A stretch of DNA of 64,000 nt from an uncultured Eubacteriales bacterium. GTDB taxonomy: Bacteria > Bacillota > Clostridia > Christensenellales > UBA1242. Under the pieces are notes generated by a model. The model was not told the DNA's origin. It did not search any database and saw only the letters and a list, made by a program, of their open reading frames with translations. Below, piece after piece: positions 21,542 to 31,479 of this stretch. The position numbers and the translations under genes were made by a program. The first letter of the stretch is position 1, and every line of letters begins with the position of its first letter. The stretch is from NCBI GenBank assembly GCA_900551855.1, contig URXM01000002.1, forward strand, positions 192,828-256,827, written 5' to 3'.

Positions 21542-22303
21542 ATGCAATATTTCCTTGCTTTATTTTTTCTTGGAATTATTCAAGGGCTGACAGAGTTTTT
21601 GCCGGTGTCTTCTTCTGGACATTTGGTACTGTTTGGAAACCTTTTTGGAATTGATGAAAGTTTGTTTATCAGTATTTTGTTGCATGTAGCAACTCTTCTT
21701 TCTATTGTTGTTGTGTTTTACAAAGATATTTGGCAAATGATAAGGCATCCATTTTCCAAGCAGACAACAATGCTTGTTGTTGCAACCATTCCTACTTGCT
21801 TGATTGTGCTTGTGCTTATGCCAATCATAAAGCAGTCTTTTGCAGGAGGACTTTTGCCAATCTGTTTTTTGATTTCTGCAATACTTTTGCTTGTTTCAGA
21901 ACAACTTTCCAAGAAAAAAGAAAAGAAAGAAATGACATATAAAACGGCATTCATTATGGGGATAGCTCAAGGGTTTGCAGTTTTTCCTGGTATTTCTCGC
22001 TCGGGTAGCACAATCAGTGCTGGACTTTTAAGTGGTGGAGAAAAAGAAAGTGTCGCCAAATTTTCGTTTTTGATGAGTATACCAATAATTTTTCTTTCAC
22101 TCATTATGGAAATTTATGAGATTGTCACCGGAAGTTTGAAATTACAAATTCAAATTTTGCCAACCATTCTTGCGTTTGTTTCGGCATTTGTTGTGGGCAT
22201 TTTTGCCATTAAACTGATGATAAAACTTACTGTAAAATCAAGCCTAAAATGGTTTTCTTTGTATCTTGTGATAATTTCAATTGTTTCAATTTTTGTGTTG
22301 TAA
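21542..22303 (+). CDS. uppP: undecaprenyl-diphosphate phosphatase
   Basis: GLTEFLPVSSSGHL near the N-terminus and PGISRSGSTISAG are the two UppP/BacA signature regions. The protein has multiple predicted TM segments, and a strong RBS aaggagg precedes the ATG. Confidence 0.9.
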   Translation: MQYFLALFFLGIIQGLTEFLPVSSSGHLVLFGNLFGIDESLFISILLHVATLLSIVVVFYKDIWQMIRHPFSKQTTMLVVATIPTCLIVLVLMPIIKQSFAGGLLPICFLISAILLLVSEQLSKKKEKKEMTYKTAFIMGIAQGFAVFPGISRSGSTISAGLLSGGEKESVAKFSFLMSIPIIFLSLIMEIYEIVTGSLKLQIQILPTILAFVSAFVVGIFAIKLMIKLTVKSSLKWFSLYLVIISIVSIFVL

Positions 22304-22375
22304 AAAGACTGACGAAATTTGTCGAAAAGTAATAGTCTACATCTTTGATTTCGTAAGATATCGCAGGAGTAGTCA

Positions 22376-24997
22376 GTGGAAAGCAAAGATTTTTACAAAA
22401 AAAATGTTGATGAATGTTTGAGAGAGTTTGACACAAATGTTTCGGGACTGAAAGAACAGCAAGTAAAAGAAAGGTTGCCACAGAGTCAGCAATATATAAT
22501 CAAGGGTGCAAAGAAGCAATCTTTTATCTCCAAATTTTTTGCTCAAATAAAAGAACTTATGGTGCTTGTGCTTTTGATTTCTGGAATAATATCCATTGTT
22601 ATTGGAGCAACAGAGAATTCTTTTAGTGAAGCTATTGATGGTTTGATAATTTTGGGAATTGTTGTCATAAATGCTTTGTTTGGTGTTTTTCAAGAAAGAA
22701 AAAGCGAGAAAGCTATTGAAAGTTTGAAAGATATGACACAGCCAGAAACAAATGTTTTGCGTGATGGAAAGATTGTAAAAATCAAAACAACCGAACTTGT
22801 TTTTGGAGATATAGTTTGTTTGGAAGCGGGCAGTATTGTTCCAGCAGATTTGAGACTTATTGAAACTTCAAATGCAAAAATAAACGAGTCTTCCTTGACC
22901 GGAGAGAGCGAGGCAGTAGAAAAATTTGCCGATGCGGTTTACAGAAAAGATATGCCTTTGGCAGAAAGAAAAAATATGGCATTTGCAGGGAGTGTGGTAG
23001 AAAACGGGCATGCAAAAGGGATTGTTGTCACTCTTGGCACAGAAAGTGAACTTGGCAAAATTGCTGAGAGTTTGAAAGAAACAAAAAAAGAACTCACACC
23101 TTTGCAAAAAAGCATTCAAGGTGTTGGAAAAGTTTTGACTTATCTTATTTTGCTTGTTGCCACTGTCACTTTTGTGCTGGAAGCAATTGCCAATCCTTCT
23201 CAAATTTTGCAGGCTTTTTTGACTGCTGTTGCAATTTCTGTCGCAGCTATTCCTGAAAGCATGCCGGCAGTAATCACGATTATTATGAGTTTGGGTATTG
23301 CAAAGCTTTCCAAACAAAAAGCGATTGTCAAGCGAATGCATGCCGTTGAAACTTTGGGGGCTTGTGATGTTATTTGTTCTGACAAAACTGGCACAATTAC
23401 TCAAAACAAAATGAAAGTAGAGGAGTTTTTCACTTTCTTTGACAAAAAAAGTGAAAATTTTGAAATCTTTTTAAATGCTATGGTTTTATGCAATGATGCA
23501 AGTGTTGGACAGAATGGATATGTGGGAGGGTCAACAGAAGTTGCTCTTCTAAACTTTGCAAAAAAATATGGTGTAAAAAAGGAAGAAGCACAAATCAAAT
23601 ATCCAAGAATTGCCGACATATCTTTCAATTCTGATCGTAAAAAAATGACCACTTTAAATTTGGTGAATGGTCAAAAAGTATGTTTTATGAAAGGGGCTTT
23701 GGATAGAGTTTTAAATTGTTGCAGTTGTTATTTGAAAGACGGTAAGGTTTTGGAGCTTGATGAAGTCACAAAAAGAGAAATTTTACAACACAACAAAAAG
23801 ATGTGCGACAATGCACTGAGAGTAATAAGTTTTGCATTCAAGCAAAACACTGATGACAAGATTGAAGAAACATCTTTTGTGTTTTTGGGAATCTGTGGTT
23901 TGCAAGATTCTCCTCGTCCAGAAATTGCTGATGCTGTCAAGAAGTGTAGAAAAGCAGGCATGCGACCTGTAATGATAACTGGAGATTATAAAGACACGGC
24001 TTTTGCCATTGCAAAAAAAGTTGGCATAGCAAAAGATATAAGTGAAGTCTTATCAGGAGAAGAAATTGATGCTTTAAGCGATGAAGAATTTAGTAAGATT
24101 GTGGAAACAAAATGTGTTTTTGCAAGGGTTAGTCCAACACATAAAGTTAGAATTGTTCAAGCGCTGAAAGAAAATGGTCACATTGTTGCAATGACTGGCG
24201 ATGGGGTCAATGATGCACCAAGTTTGAAGAAAGCAGATATAGGAATTGGTATGGGAAAGACAGGCACAGATGTGACAAAAGATGTTGCTGACATTATCAT
24301 AACAGATGACAATTTTGCGACAATTATTGTGGCAGTTGAAGAAGGAAGAAAGATTTACAGCAACATTCAAAAAACAGTGAAATATCTGTTTTCGGCAAAT
24401 ATGGCAGAGATATTGGCATTGTTTTTCATAACTATACTTCTTCCAGGAATGACTTTTCTTCTTCCGGTTCAAATTTTGTTTGTAAACATAATCACAGATT
24501 CTTTGCCTGCTATTGCTCTTGGCGTGGAACCTGTGGAAAAAGAAATTATGGCAGAGAAGCCGAGAAGAAAAAAGGACAATTTGTTTTCTGACGGAATTGG
24601 TGTAAGCATAGTTGTGCTTGGAGCAATACAAACAATTTTGACTATGGGCGCATATTTGTTCGGGCTTTTGCTTTACAACGAACCAGTGGCAATAACTATG
24701 GCATTTTACACACTCAATATTATTCAACTGTTTTATATGTTTACGGCAAGGACAAAAGAAAGTTGTTTCAAAAGCAATCCTTTCAAAAACAAATTTTTCA
24801 CTCTGTCGCTTTTGCTGGGATTTGGTCTTTTGATTTTGATGGCTTGCACTGGGTTTGGACAAATTTTGCAACTGGAAAAACTCGATTTTAGTTGCTGGCT
24901 TGTAGTGTTTGTGCTTTCATTGTCCATCATCTTCATAGGCGAGCTTTATAAATTTGTCGAAAACAAAATTAAACACAGAAATTGCATTAGAAAATAA
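22376..24997 (+). CDS. P-type (E1-E2) cation-transporting ATPase, Ca2+-ATPase-like
   Basis: CSDKTGTITQNKM is the phosphorylation site. TGES, MITGDYKDTA and TGDGVNDAPSLKKADIGIGMG are also present, with ~10 hydrophobic segments. GTG start with aggag ~9 nt upstream. Confidence 0.9.
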   Translation: MESKDFYKKNVDECLREFDTNVSGLKEQQVKERLPQSQQYIIKGAKKQSFISKFFAQIKELMVLVLLISGIISIVIGATENSFSEAIDGLIILGIVVINALFGVFQERKSEKAIESLKDMTQPETNVLRDGKIVKIKTTELVFGDIVCLEAGSIVPADLRLIETSNAKINESSLTGESEAVEKFADAVYRKDMPLAERKNMAFAGSVVENGHAKGIVVTLGTESELGKIAESLKETKKELTPLQKSIQGVGKVLTYLILLVATVTFVLEAIANPSQILQAFLTAVAISVAAIPESMPAVITIIMSLGIAKLSKQKAIVKRMHAVETLGACDVICSDKTGTITQNKMKVEEFFTFFDKKSENFEIFLNAMVLCNDASVGQNGYVGGSTEVALLNFAKKYGVKKEEAQIKYPRIADISFNSDRKKMTTLNLVNGQKVCFMKGALDRVLNCCSCYLKDGKVLELDEVTKREILQHNKKMCDNALRVISFAFKQNTDDKIEETSFVFLGICGLQDSPRPEIADAVKKCRKAGMRPVMITGDYKDTAFAIAKKVGIAKDISEVLSGEEIDALSDEEFSKIVETKCVFARVSPTHKVRIVQALKENGHIVAMTGDGVNDAPSLKKADIGIGMGKTGTDVTKDVADIIITDDNFATIIVAVEEGRKIYSNIQKTVKYLFSANMAEILALFFITILLPGMTFLLPVQILFVNIITDSLPAIALGVEPVEKEIMAEKPRRKKDNLFSDGIGVSIVVLGAIQTILTMGAYLFGLLLYNEPVAITMAFYTLNIIQLFYMFTARTKESCFKSNPFKNKFFTLSLLLGFGLLILMACTGFGQILQLEKLDFSCWLVVFVLSLSIIFIGELYKFVENKIKHRNCIRK

Positions 24998-25045
24998 TGC
25001 AATTTTATTTTTGCATTTTGGTGGTGATTGTGATAAAATTATATT

Positions 25046-26002
25046 ATGGATTTGGCAGAAATTATCAAAAATCAAGATTTATTTAAAAACCTTATAAATG
25101 AAAAACAAAAAAACACAATGAGCAGTGCTTTATTGTTTTTTTGTGATGATGAAGTCACTGCATCAAAAGTGCTTGTCTTGACTGCTCTTCTTTTGGAATA
25201 TCCAACATTTGAAATGTTTAATGAGCAAAGTGCAGAATTTGTTAAAATTGAAAAAAATGTTGATTTGGATGTTAAAGTTTATCCAAAAAACAATGAAAAA
25301 TTGTTGGTTTCAGATTCAAATGAAATTGTTGCAGAAGCTTATGTTAAGCCTGTAAATTTGCCAAACAAAATTTTTATTATCAAAAACTTTGATGTTTCAA
25401 CTGAAGAAGCTCAAAACAAACTTTTGAAAATTTTGGAAGAACCTCCAAAAAATGTTTATTTTTTGTTGCACGCCAAAAGTGAAGATAGAGTTTTGCCAAC
25501 CATAAAAAGCAGGTGTGATAAAATAAAAATCAATCCACTTGATGAAAAGACAATAGAAAATTTTTCACAAAATACTCTTGCAAACATTTTGGGTGGTGGA
25601 TATGTTGGAAGAACTGTTGCGTTAAGTAAAAATGAAGACTTGAAAAAAATTGTAGAGTTTGCAGTAAGTTTGTTTACAGAACTTAAAACAAGCAAGCAAG
25701 TCATAAAATTTTCTAAAACATTTTTGGAACTTAAAGACAATTTGAATTTGATTTTGGAAGTTATGTCTTTTTGCATTGAAGATATTATCAAGATCAAATG
25801 TGAAAGCGAAAATCTTTGCAAATTGAAACCTTACAAAGACGATTTGAAAGATGTTGAACCTGAATTTTCTGTTGAAGCTCTTTGTGAAATTTCAAAATTG
25901 ATTTCTTCTTTGCGTGAAAAAGTGGAGTTTAATGCAAACTTGACAGTTGCTGTTGATAATTTCTTATTGAAGATATTGGAGGTTAAGTATTTATGCAAAT
26001 AA
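25046..26002 (+). CDS. holB: DNA polymerase III delta' subunit
   Basis: KIFIIKNFDVSTEEAQNKLLKILEEPPKNVYFLLHAKSEDRVLPTIKSRCDKI matches the clamp-loader box VII and SRC region. The gene sits directly upstream of ricT, as in Bacillus. Confidence 0.8.
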   Translation: MDLAEIIKNQDLFKNLINEKQKNTMSSALLFFCDDEVTASKVLVLTALLLEYPTFEMFNEQSAEFVKIEKNVDLDVKVYPKNNEKLLVSDSNEIVAEAYVKPVNLPNKIFIIKNFDVSTEEAQNKLLKILEEPPKNVYFLLHAKSEDRVLPTIKSRCDKIKINPLDEKTIENFSQNTLANILGGGYVGRTVALSKNEDLKKIVEFAVSLFTELKTSKQVIKFSKTFLELKDNLNLILEVMSFCIEDIIKIKCESENLCKLKPYKDDLKDVEPEFSVEALCEISKLISSLREKVEFNANLTVAVDNFLLKILEVKYLCK

Positions 26003-26814
26003 ATGTTGTTGGTGTAAAATTTAGAAACGGCAACCATGTATATTCTTTTGATCCAAATGGTTTGGAATTAAAAAACGGTGATTATGTTTTGGTGGACACA
26101 GAGAAAGGAACAGATATAGGAATTATTGTCAAAGAGAAAGACAGTGTAGATCCATCACAACTGCTTTCTCCACTCAAAAAAGTCCTTCAAAAAGCAGGCA
26201 AAGATATGCTTGAGAAAGCAGAAAAATACAACGCCGAAGCAGAAAAACTGTATCCAACAGTCAAAAAAATAGTAAAAGATTTTGGCTTGGAAATGAAAGT
26301 TGTCAAGGTTGAAGCAAGTTATGACAACAGCAGATATATAATCAACTTTACTGCTGACAATCGTGTTGATTTTAGAGAACTTGTCAAAAAACTTGCAGAG
26401 ACTTTAAAGAAAAGAGTGGAACTTAGACAAATTGGAAGTCGTGATGAAGTTAGAATGTTGGGTGGTTTTGGTCCTTGCGGAAAAATTTGTTGTTGCGTGC
26501 AAAATATGGGAGAGTTTGATCACGTTTCGATGAAAATGGCAAAAAATCAAAATCTTTCACTCAATCCTGCCAGCATAAGTGGACTTTGTGGAAAACTTAT
26601 GTGCTGTATTGCTTACGAAAATCCAACATATCAAGAATCACTGAAACTTATGCCAAAGGTGGGGACAAAAGTGTCCACAAAAGACGGTTCTGGAACGGTC
26701 GTTTTCAATGATTTGTTGAAAAGAGAAGTTGAAGTTAAGTTTGTAAGTGGTGATGATTTTGAATATAAAACATATCCTCTTGAAGAAGTAAATTTCAAAA
26801 AGGAAGAAAAATGA
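25993..26814 (+). CDS. ricT: PSP1-domain protein RicT/YaaT
   Basis: A PSP1-like Cys-rich core is present (GPCGKICCCVQNMGEFDHVSMKMAKNQNLSLNPASISGLCGKLMCCIAYE). The gene overlaps the holB stop by 10 nt, and the order holB-yaaT-yabB matches Bacillus. Confidence 0.85.
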   Translation: MQINVVGVKFRNGNHVYSFDPNGLELKNGDYVLVDTEKGTDIGIIVKEKDSVDPSQLLSPLKKVLQKAGKDMLEKAEKYNAEAEKLYPTVKKIVKDFGLEMKVVKVEASYDNSRYIINFTADNRVDFRELVKKLAETLKKRVELRQIGSRDEVRMLGGFGPCGKICCCVQNMGEFDHVSMKMAKNQNLSLNPASISGLCGKLMCCIAYENPTYQESLKLMPKVGTKVSTKDGSGTVVFNDLLKREVEVKFVSGDDFEYKTYPLEEVNFKKEEK

Positions 26815-27542
26815 AGTTAGAAAATGGCGAAAGATTGGAAGATTTGCAGTGTAAGGGATTGAAAATCATTCAAAATAAAAATCTATACACTTTTACTTCT
26901 GATAGTGTGATTTTGGCAAATTTTATAAAAACAAAATCAAAAGATGTTGGTGTAGAAATAGGTGCAGGCTGTGGAGTGATTTCAATTTTGTTGCAAGCAA
27001 AAAACAAAATTAAACAAATTTATGCTTTTGAATTGCAACCAGAAATGCAAGAGTTGTGTAAAAAGAATTTAGAGCTCAACAACTTAACAGACAAAATCAA
27101 ATTGATTTGCGATGATGTAAAAAATTTTGAGAGGCACATTGCAAAAGAAAGTGTAGATATTGTTTTTTCTAATCCACCTTATTTCAAACCAACAAAATTT
27201 GAGCAATCGCAAGTAAAGAAAATTGCGAAAGAGGAAACTTGTTTACCTTTGGAGATTTTGGTGCAGGTGGCAAGTTCGACGCTTAAATTTGGTGGAAATT
27301 TCTATTGCTGTTATACTGCTGAAAGAGTTTGCGAACTCATTTGTGCTTGTCAAAATAAAAATTTGATAGTGAAAGAATTGTTTTTCACAGAAAATGGCAA
27401 AGGAGATGTTAAACTTGCAGTTATTCGTGCTGTTAAGGGTGGCAAAAATGGATGTAAAGTTTATTCAAATTTGGTTACAAATGACAAAAATGGAGATTAT
27501 TTGGAAAAACTGCAAACAAAGAATTTTTTATACAAAAAATAA
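26811..27542 (+). CDS. SAM-dependent methyltransferase (YabB / tRNA m6A TrmN6-like)
   Basis: An EIGAGCGVIS SAM-binding loop and the FSNPPYF (NPPY) amino-methyltransferase motif are present. An ATGA start/stop overlap links it to ricT. Confidence 0.7.
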   Translation: MKLENGERLEDLQCKGLKIIQNKNLYTFTSDSVILANFIKTKSKDVGVEIGAGCGVISILLQAKNKIKQIYAFELQPEMQELCKKNLELNNLTDKIKLICDDVKNFERHIAKESVDIVFSNPPYFKPTKFEQSQVKKIAKEETCLPLEILVQVASSTLKFGGNFYCCYTAERVCELICACQNKNLIVKELFFTENGKGDVKLAVIRAVKGGKNGCKVYSNLVTNDKNGDYLEKLQTKNFLYKK

Positions 27543-27567
27543 AAAGAGTTGATTTTCAACTCTTTTT

Positions 27568-28074
27568 TTACATAACTCTGCACAACAGGCAAGCCAAGAT
27601 TGTGCCGACTAATGAGCAGACAAGTGCAACAGGTATGGCGTATAGAAGTTTTTTTACTTTTGTTTGTGAGATATAAACTGTTGCGACATAAAAAATTGTT
27701 TCACTGCAACCCATAATCACACACGCACATCTTGATATATAACTATCTGCTCCGTAAGTTGTGAAAATGTTTTCCAAAATTCCATAACTTCCACTGCCAG
27801 TAAAAGGGCGCAATAATACAAGTTCGCATAGTTCTGTCGGTATGCCAAGAGCATTGAAAATTGGAGAAAGAAGTTGTGCCAAGAAATTTGTTATTCCACT
27901 CACTCTCAAAAGTGCAACTGCTATCAAAATTGAAGCAATGAACGGGAAAATTTCTACAACCAATTTTATTGCGCCTTTCGCACCTTTAACAAATGTGTCA
28001 TAAGTGTTTACTCGTTTGTAAAGGCAATAGGAGAACAATAATAAAAACAGAATTGGCAAAATGTAATTACTCAT
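27568..28074 (-). CDS. spmB: spore maturation protein B-like (nucleoside-recognition/Gate-domain membrane protein)
   Basis: It is a ~168-aa polytopic membrane protein. Its 4-nt overlap with the upstream SpmA-like gene is the typical spmA-spmB pairing. Confidence 0.7.
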   Translation of the reverse strand: MSNYILPILFLLLFSYCLYKRVNTYDTFVKGAKGAIKLVVEIFPFIASILIAVALLRVSGITNFLAQLLSPIFNALGIPTELCELVLLRPFTGSGSYGILENIFTTYGADSYISRCACVIMGCSETIFYVATVYISQTKVKKLLYAIPVALVCSLVGTILACLLCRVM

Positions 28075-28649
28075 CTTTTTGCCCTAGCCTTTTTTCTTTT
28101 TAATTTGTCTATTGTGTGAACTAAAAATATGCCCAAGAGGGTGGTGCAAAAAGTCACTATTAAAGTCGGCAAAATTATATCAGAAGGATTGGTTGAACCG
28201 GCGCTTGCTCGAAGACCAATCACTGTTGTTGGGAGCAGTTGAATTGAAGTGGCATTTATAACAATAAGCATAATCATTGCAAAATTTGCCTTGCCACTTT
28301 TGTCATCAAGTGCTTGCATTGCTTTTATTCCCATTGGTGTTGCGGCATTTCCTAGTCCCAACATATTTGCCGAGACATTGAGTGCAATTATTTTTTGTGT
28401 TTCGGCATTGTCAACTTTGAATATTTTTTTGATAAGTGGGCGAAGCAGTTTTGCAAGTTTTTCTCCAAGCCCACTTGCATCCACCATTTCAAGCATACCA
28501 AGCCACACAGCATAAACTGCGCAAAGTTCTATGCAAAGAGAAAGTGCATCTGTGGAAGCGTCAACCATTTCTGACAAAACTGCGCCAGGGTTTGTTATTA
28601 AAAGCACGAGTATGCTTAAAAACATCATAATATACCAAAAAATATTCAT
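28071..28649 (-). CDS. spmA: spore maturation protein A-like (Gate-domain membrane protein)
   Basis: Membrane protein carrying LGLGNAATPMGIKAM. I prefer the ATG at 28649 (MNIFWYIMMFLSILVL..., a typical SpmA N-terminus) over the TTG at 28736 in the ORF track. Neither start has a clear SD. Confidence 0.7.
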   Translation of the reverse strand: MNIFWYIMMFLSILVLLITNPGAVLSEMVDASTDALSLCIELCAVYAVWLGMLEMVDASGLGEKLAKLLRPLIKKIFKVDNAETQKIIALNVSANMLGLGNAATPMGIKAMQALDDKSGKANFAMIMLIVINATSIQLLPTTVIGLRASAGSTNPSDIILPTLIVTFCTTLLGIFLVHTIDKLKRKKARAKR

Positions 28650-28779
28650 ACAAAAATTTATGCGAAAAATCTCGAAAAAAGAATAAAAACTAAATATTTT
28701 TTGTGTGTTTTTCGATATAATTTCTGTATAGAACAATGTCTTGCTTGACTTATTTTGTGGGGTTTGATAGACTTTTTAT

Positions 28780-29547
28780 ATGGAATTTGTAGATGTTCAC
28801 GCTCATATCTTGGATGCGTGTTTTGAAAATGATTTAGATGAAGTGGTAAAAAGAGCAGATGATTCGGGAGTAAGAAAAATCATCTGTTCTGCTTATGATT
28901 TGTCATCATCTCAAAAAGCAGTTGAAATTGCAAATAAATACGAAAAAGTTTACGCCACAGTTGGAATACATCCAGAAAATCTTGAGGGTGTAAATTTTGG
29001 CACTGACAAAAACAAATTATGTCAATTGGCAGAAAACAAAAAAGTCGTTGCAATTGGAGAAATTGGACTTGACTATCACTTTACAAGTGAGAATAAAAAT
29101 TTGCAAAAAGAAATTTTTGAGAAGCAAATTCAACTTGCAAACGAATTGAATTTGCCTATAGTTGTTCACAGTCGTGATGCAATGGGCGACACAATAGAAT
29201 TGTTGAAAAAGAACAAACCTAAAAAAGAAAGTTTGATGCATTGTTATAGTGGAAGCATTGAAAGTGCAAAAATCTTGATAAGTCTTGGTTTTGCTTTTTC
29301 TTTCGGTGGGGTTGTGACTTTCAAAAATGCTAAAAATGTTGTTGAAGTTGTAAAAAATCTTCCAATGGACAAAATTTTGCTTGAGACAGACTGTCCTTAT
29401 ATGACGCCTGTTCCTTTTAGAGGGCAAAGGAACGAGCCTAAAAATGTCGTTTATGTCGCTGATGAAATTGCAAGAATAAAAGGTCTGAACATTGAAGAAG
29501 TCGCAAAAATCACAACTGAAAACGCAAAAAGGATATTTGGAATATGA
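28780..29547 (+). CDS. tatD: TatD-family metal-dependent hydrolase/DNase
   Basis: FVDVHAHI at the N-terminus, GEIGLDYH, VVHSRDA and LLETDCPYM are the TatD metal-ligand motifs. Confidence 0.9.
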   Translation: MEFVDVHAHILDACFENDLDEVVKRADDSGVRKIICSAYDLSSSQKAVEIANKYEKVYATVGIHPENLEGVNFGTDKNKLCQLAENKKVVAIGEIGLDYHFTSENKNLQKEIFEKQIQLANELNLPIVVHSRDAMGDTIELLKKNKPKKESLMHCYSGSIESAKILISLGFAFSFGGVVTFKNAKNVVEVVKNLPMDKILLETDCPYMTPVPFRGQRNEPKNVVYVADEIARIKGLNIEEVAKITTENAKRIFGI

Positions 29548-30329
29548 AAGATTTTGTTTTTAAGAAAAAGTTTGGACAGAATTTTATTAGTGATAAAAAT
29601 CTTCTCAATGCCATCGCTTCTGATGCAGAGATAACCAAAAATGATGAAGTGTTGGAGATTGGAGCAGGTGCGGGCAGTTTGACACAAGTTTTGTCTGAAA
29701 AAGCGAAAAAAGTTATTTCTTTTGAAATAGACAAAGATTTGAAAGATCAACTCTTATCTTTGAATCTTAAAAATGTTGAATTTGTCTTTGATGACTTTAT
29801 GAATGCAGATTTGAAAGATGTTGAAGATAAATTTTCAAAAACTTATAAGGTGGTTGCAAATTTGCCATACTACATCACAACTCCTATCATTTTTAAATTG
29901 TTGGAAAACAGTGAAAAGTTGGAATCTTTGACCATCATGGTTCAAAAAGAAGTAGCGGAAAGAATTTGTGCTGATTTTGGCGGGAAAGATTATGGAATTT
30001 TGACAGTGATGAGCAATTTTTATGGAACACCAAAAATAACAAGAATAATTGGTCGTCAAATGTTTTTCCCAGAGCCAAATGTAGATTCTGCACTTTTGCA
30101 TATTGAAATTGAAAAGAACAAATTTAAAGATGTTGACAAAAAGGACTTTTTGAAATTTATAAAAAACTGTTTCTCTATGCGTAGAAAAACAATTTTAAAC
30201 AACTTATCTTCTCAGTTTGATAAAAACAAGTTGAAAGCAAACTTTTCAGAAGAACTTTTAAGAAAAAGACCAGAACAATTTTCTCTTGAAGAATTTGTTG
30301 ATCTTTATAAAAAATGCAAAAGTTTATAG
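29544..30329 (+). CDS. rsmA: 16S rRNA (adenine1518/1519-N6)-dimethyltransferase
   Basis: FGQNFI, VLEIGAGAGSLT and ANLPYYITTPI are KsgA/RsmA signatures. An ATGA overlap links it to tatD. Confidence 0.9.
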   Translation: MKDFVFKKKFGQNFISDKNLLNAIASDAEITKNDEVLEIGAGAGSLTQVLSEKAKKVISFEIDKDLKDQLLSLNLKNVEFVFDDFMNADLKDVEDKFSKTYKVVANLPYYITTPIIFKLLENSEKLESLTIMVQKEVAERICADFGGKDYGILTVMSNFYGTPKITRIIGRQMFFPEPNVDSALLHIEIEKNKFKDVDKKDFLKFIKNCFSMRRKTILNNLSSQFDKNKLKANFSEELLRKRPEQFSLEEFVDLYKKCKSL

Positions 30330-30363
30330 GCACATAAAACTAAAAAAAATAATATAAATTTAT

Positions 30364-30552
30364 ATGGCGTGTAATGAAGAAGAGCTTGTTTTATTGGCAA
30401 CTTCCATTGCTATGGAACTTGCCAGGGGACTCAGTCTGCCAGAACTGGAAGACTTAAGAAATTTGGTTAATCAAGTTTCTTGTTCTTTGACGACGCTTAT
30501 CAACAACAAATATGGTATGCAAAAAAGAAAACAACAACCAAACATCAAATAA
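30364..30552 (+). CDS. hypothetical small protein (62 aa)
   Basis: The ORF ends inside a bidirectional terminator. No family was recognised and the SD is weak. Confidence 0.4.
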   Translation: MACNEEELVLLATSIAMELARGLSLPELEDLRNLVNQVSCSLTTLINNKYGMQKRKQQPNIK

Positions 30553-30572
30553 GTTTGATTGTTGTTTTTTTG
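30530..30572. terminator. bidirectional terminator between the convergent small ORF and rplI
   Basis: aacaacaaccaaac pairs with gtttgattgttgtt (one mismatch), followed by a T-run. Confidence 0.5.
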
Positions 30573-30586
30573 TTTTATTTTGATTG

Positions 30587-31030
30587 TTATTCTGCAACAA
30601 CTTCAACCATAAATTTTGCAGAAATTTCAGGATAAATTCTTGCAGTCACATGATAAAGACCTGTCATTTTGATTGGTTCTTTCAAGTCAATCTTTTTCTT
30701 GTCAAGCTTGATTGAAATGTTTTCGAGTGCGTCTGCAATTTCTTTGCTTGTTATTGAACCAAAAGTTTTTCCGTTGTTTCCGCATTTGATTTTTAATGTG
30801 ACAGTTTTGCCTTCAATCTTTTTTGCCAATTCTTTTGCTGCAGCAACTTCTTGTGCTTTATGAAATTTTGCTGCCTCGCTTTGATTTTGATTTTCGTTTA
30901 GTGCACTTCTATCGGCAAGTCTTGCAAGATTGTTTTTAAACAAAAAGTTTTTTGCAAATCCATCTGCAACTTCTTTGATTTCTCCTTTCTTGCCAGTTCC
31001 TCTTACATCTTTGAGCAATACAACTTTCAT
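30587..31030 (-). CDS. rplI: 50S ribosomal protein L9
   Basis: [30 protein letters not shown] is the canonical L9 N-domain. It is followed by a long helix and a C-domain, 147 aa in total. Confidence 0.95.
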   Translation of the reverse strand: MKVVLLKDVRGTGKKGEIKEVADGFAKNFLFKNNLARLADRSALNENQNQSEAAKFHKAQEVAAAKELAKKIEGKTVTLKIKCGNNGKTFGSITSKEIADALENISIKLDKKKIDLKEPIKMTGLYHVTARIYPEISAKFMVEVVAE

Positions 31031-31107
31031 AATTCACCTCTTTGCTTAAGTTTACTATATTCTTGTTTGTTTTGTCAACAATTGGGAATATTATCTTTGG
31101 AGGGGAT

Positions 31108-31419
31108 ATGGATATTAGATGCAGAAAAACTAGTTGTAAATTTAACGACAAATACACTTGCAAGGCAAAAGAAATATTGATAAAAAAGAATGTGGAATGT
31201 GCAAAATATGAAAGAGGGAACAAACCTGTTGTTGATAAGACAAAATGGTTGTTTTCTGACAAGACGCCAGTTTATGCACCTCAAAGAGATTCTGCCACAA
31301 TAAGCATAGGTTGCAATGCTCATTGTCTTTTTAATGATGGCGGTAAGTGTGTGGCAAACGGTATAACCTTGAATGATATTAAAGAAAAACCTCTGTGTGT
31401 CACATTTTTGAGAAAATAA
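31108..31419 (+). CDS. DUF1540-type cysteine-rich small protein (two repeats)
   Basis: Two copies of the C-x4-C...C-x-A pattern occur: IRCRKTSCKFNDKYTCKAKEI and IGCNAHCLFNDGGKCVANGI. I prefer the ATG at 31108, which has ggagggg 3-9 nt upstream, over the start at 31042. Confidence 0.7.
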   Translation: MDIRCRKTSCKFNDKYTCKAKEILIKKNVECAKYERGNKPVVDKTKWLFSDKTPVYAPQRDSATISIGCNAHCLFNDGGKCVANGITLNDIKEKPLCVTFLRK

Positions 31420-31444
31420 ATTGAAAGCCAAATCAAAAAATATC

Positions 31445-31473
31445 TTGCAAAAACAATACTTGTATAGTATAAT
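31445..31473 (+). promoter_or_regulatory. candidate promoter placing the transcription start on the ATG of the 422-aa ORF
   Basis: ttgcaa (31445-31450), a 17-nt spacer, then tataat (31468-31473). The ATG at 31480 lies 7 nt after the -10, and there is no SD. Confidence 0.35.
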
Positions 31474-31479
31474 AATTTT

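Noticed and set aside
22868-24871. Long antisense ORFs inside the P-type ATPase gene (22868-23404, 178 aa; 24074-24871, 265 aa)
   Set aside because: Their C/H/F/K/N-rich composition is typical of the reverse complement of a real gene. They have no RBS or promoter, and the sense strand carries an unambiguous ATPase with all signature motifs.
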